Source: Pirellulales bacterium (GTDB lineage Bacteria; Planctomycetota; Planctomycetia; Pirellulales; JAICIG01). From it: a stretch of 64,000 bases of DNA. The notes beneath the pieces are model-generated. The model searched no databases, was not told where the DNA came from, and saw only the letters and a program-made list of their open reading frames with translations. Location of the stretch: contig DATKSN010000233.1 in assembly GCA_035531595.1 (NCBI GenBank), positions 4,414-68,413 of the forward strand. Reading direction: 5' to 3'. Position 1 is the first letter of the stretch. The number at the start of each line of letters is the position of its first letter. A program made the position numbers and the translations under genes. Below, in pieces: positions 63,803 through 64,000 of the stretch.

Positions 63803-64000
63803 CTACCCCACCGGCTGGCTCTTGGGGTACGACCCCAGCACTTCCAGCCGCAGGGCCTTGCGTTCCAGCGCGGCCAGCGCCTTGCGCACGCGGCTTTCCT
63901 GTTCGTGACCGTCCAGTTCGACGAAGAACAAGTAGCAACCGTCCGATTGGGGAATGGGAAACGACTCGATCCAGGTCAGGTTCAGCCGGTTGCGTTTGAA
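63803..64000 (-). CDS. pheA: Prephenate dehydratase, C-terminal ACT domain only (N-terminus beyond right edge)
   Basis: Not in the ORF track because it is partial. My translation from nt 64000: FKRNRLNLTWIESFPIPQSDGCYLFFVELDGHEQESRVRKALAALERKALRLEVLGSYPKSQPVG*. This matches the ..INLT.IESRP.....W.Y.FFvD.eGH......AL..L......lkvLGSYP signature. Confidence 0.75.
   Translation of the reverse strand, partial: FKRNRLNLTWIESFPIPQSDGCYLFFVELDGHEQESRVRKALAALERKALRLEVLGSYPKSQPVG

Noticed and set aside
1-64000. A search for tRNA, rRNA and tmRNA genes.
   Set aside because: In the intergenic regions I read through I found no T-loop (GGTTCGAATCC-like), acceptor-stem pattern or rRNA-like conserved block. 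A tRNAscan/Infernal run would be needed to be certain.

Overview
The window reads as chromosomal DNA from a high-GC Planctomycetota genome, probably Pirellulales-like. That assignment is an inference from gene content (DUF1501, DUF3467, LpxI, fused SecDF, Pro/Cys-rich secreted proteins) and from dense REP/MITE-type repeats. I support about 55 protein-coding genes and found no rRNA, tRNA or CRISPR. Housekeeping genes: xerC-type recombinase, trpC, purH, a sigma-70 factor, lpxI, lpxD, aldehyde dehydrogenase, thrC, M29 aminopeptidase, tgt-yajC-secDF and a partial pheA at the right edge. Regulatory genes: an NtrC-type sigma54 activator with its histidine kinase, and an FHA-GAF-adenylate cyclase.

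The most unusual content:
1. Positions 1-6311: a tightly coupled five-gene minus-strand operon that runs off the left edge. It encodes a zinc-ribbon/pseudokinase/PP2C fusion, a MIDAS-intact vWA protein, a double zinc-ribbon FHA protein, an apparently active Ser/Thr kinase and a further pseudokinase. It is visibly less GC-rich than its surroundings.
2. A decayed accessory patch beside that operon: a vapBC module bracketed by direct repeats, a vapC remnant, an ion-channel fragment and a truncated HTH gene.
3. An acyl-ACP-reductase-like domain fused to a class-III aminotransferase, next to an aldehyde dehydrogenase and preceded by a roughly 270-nt region of nested helices.
4. A secreted protein of about 24% Cys built from C-E/Q-P-T/S-C pentapeptides.
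5. An 11-copy heptamer array with an inverted 3-copy arm between lpxD and lpxI.
6. A CTAG-terminated MITE family whose ends supply stop codons to flanking genes, plus a second palindromic element family.

The many long antisense ORFs in the track are high-GC artefacts. All homology calls come from motif recognition by eye; no searches were run.
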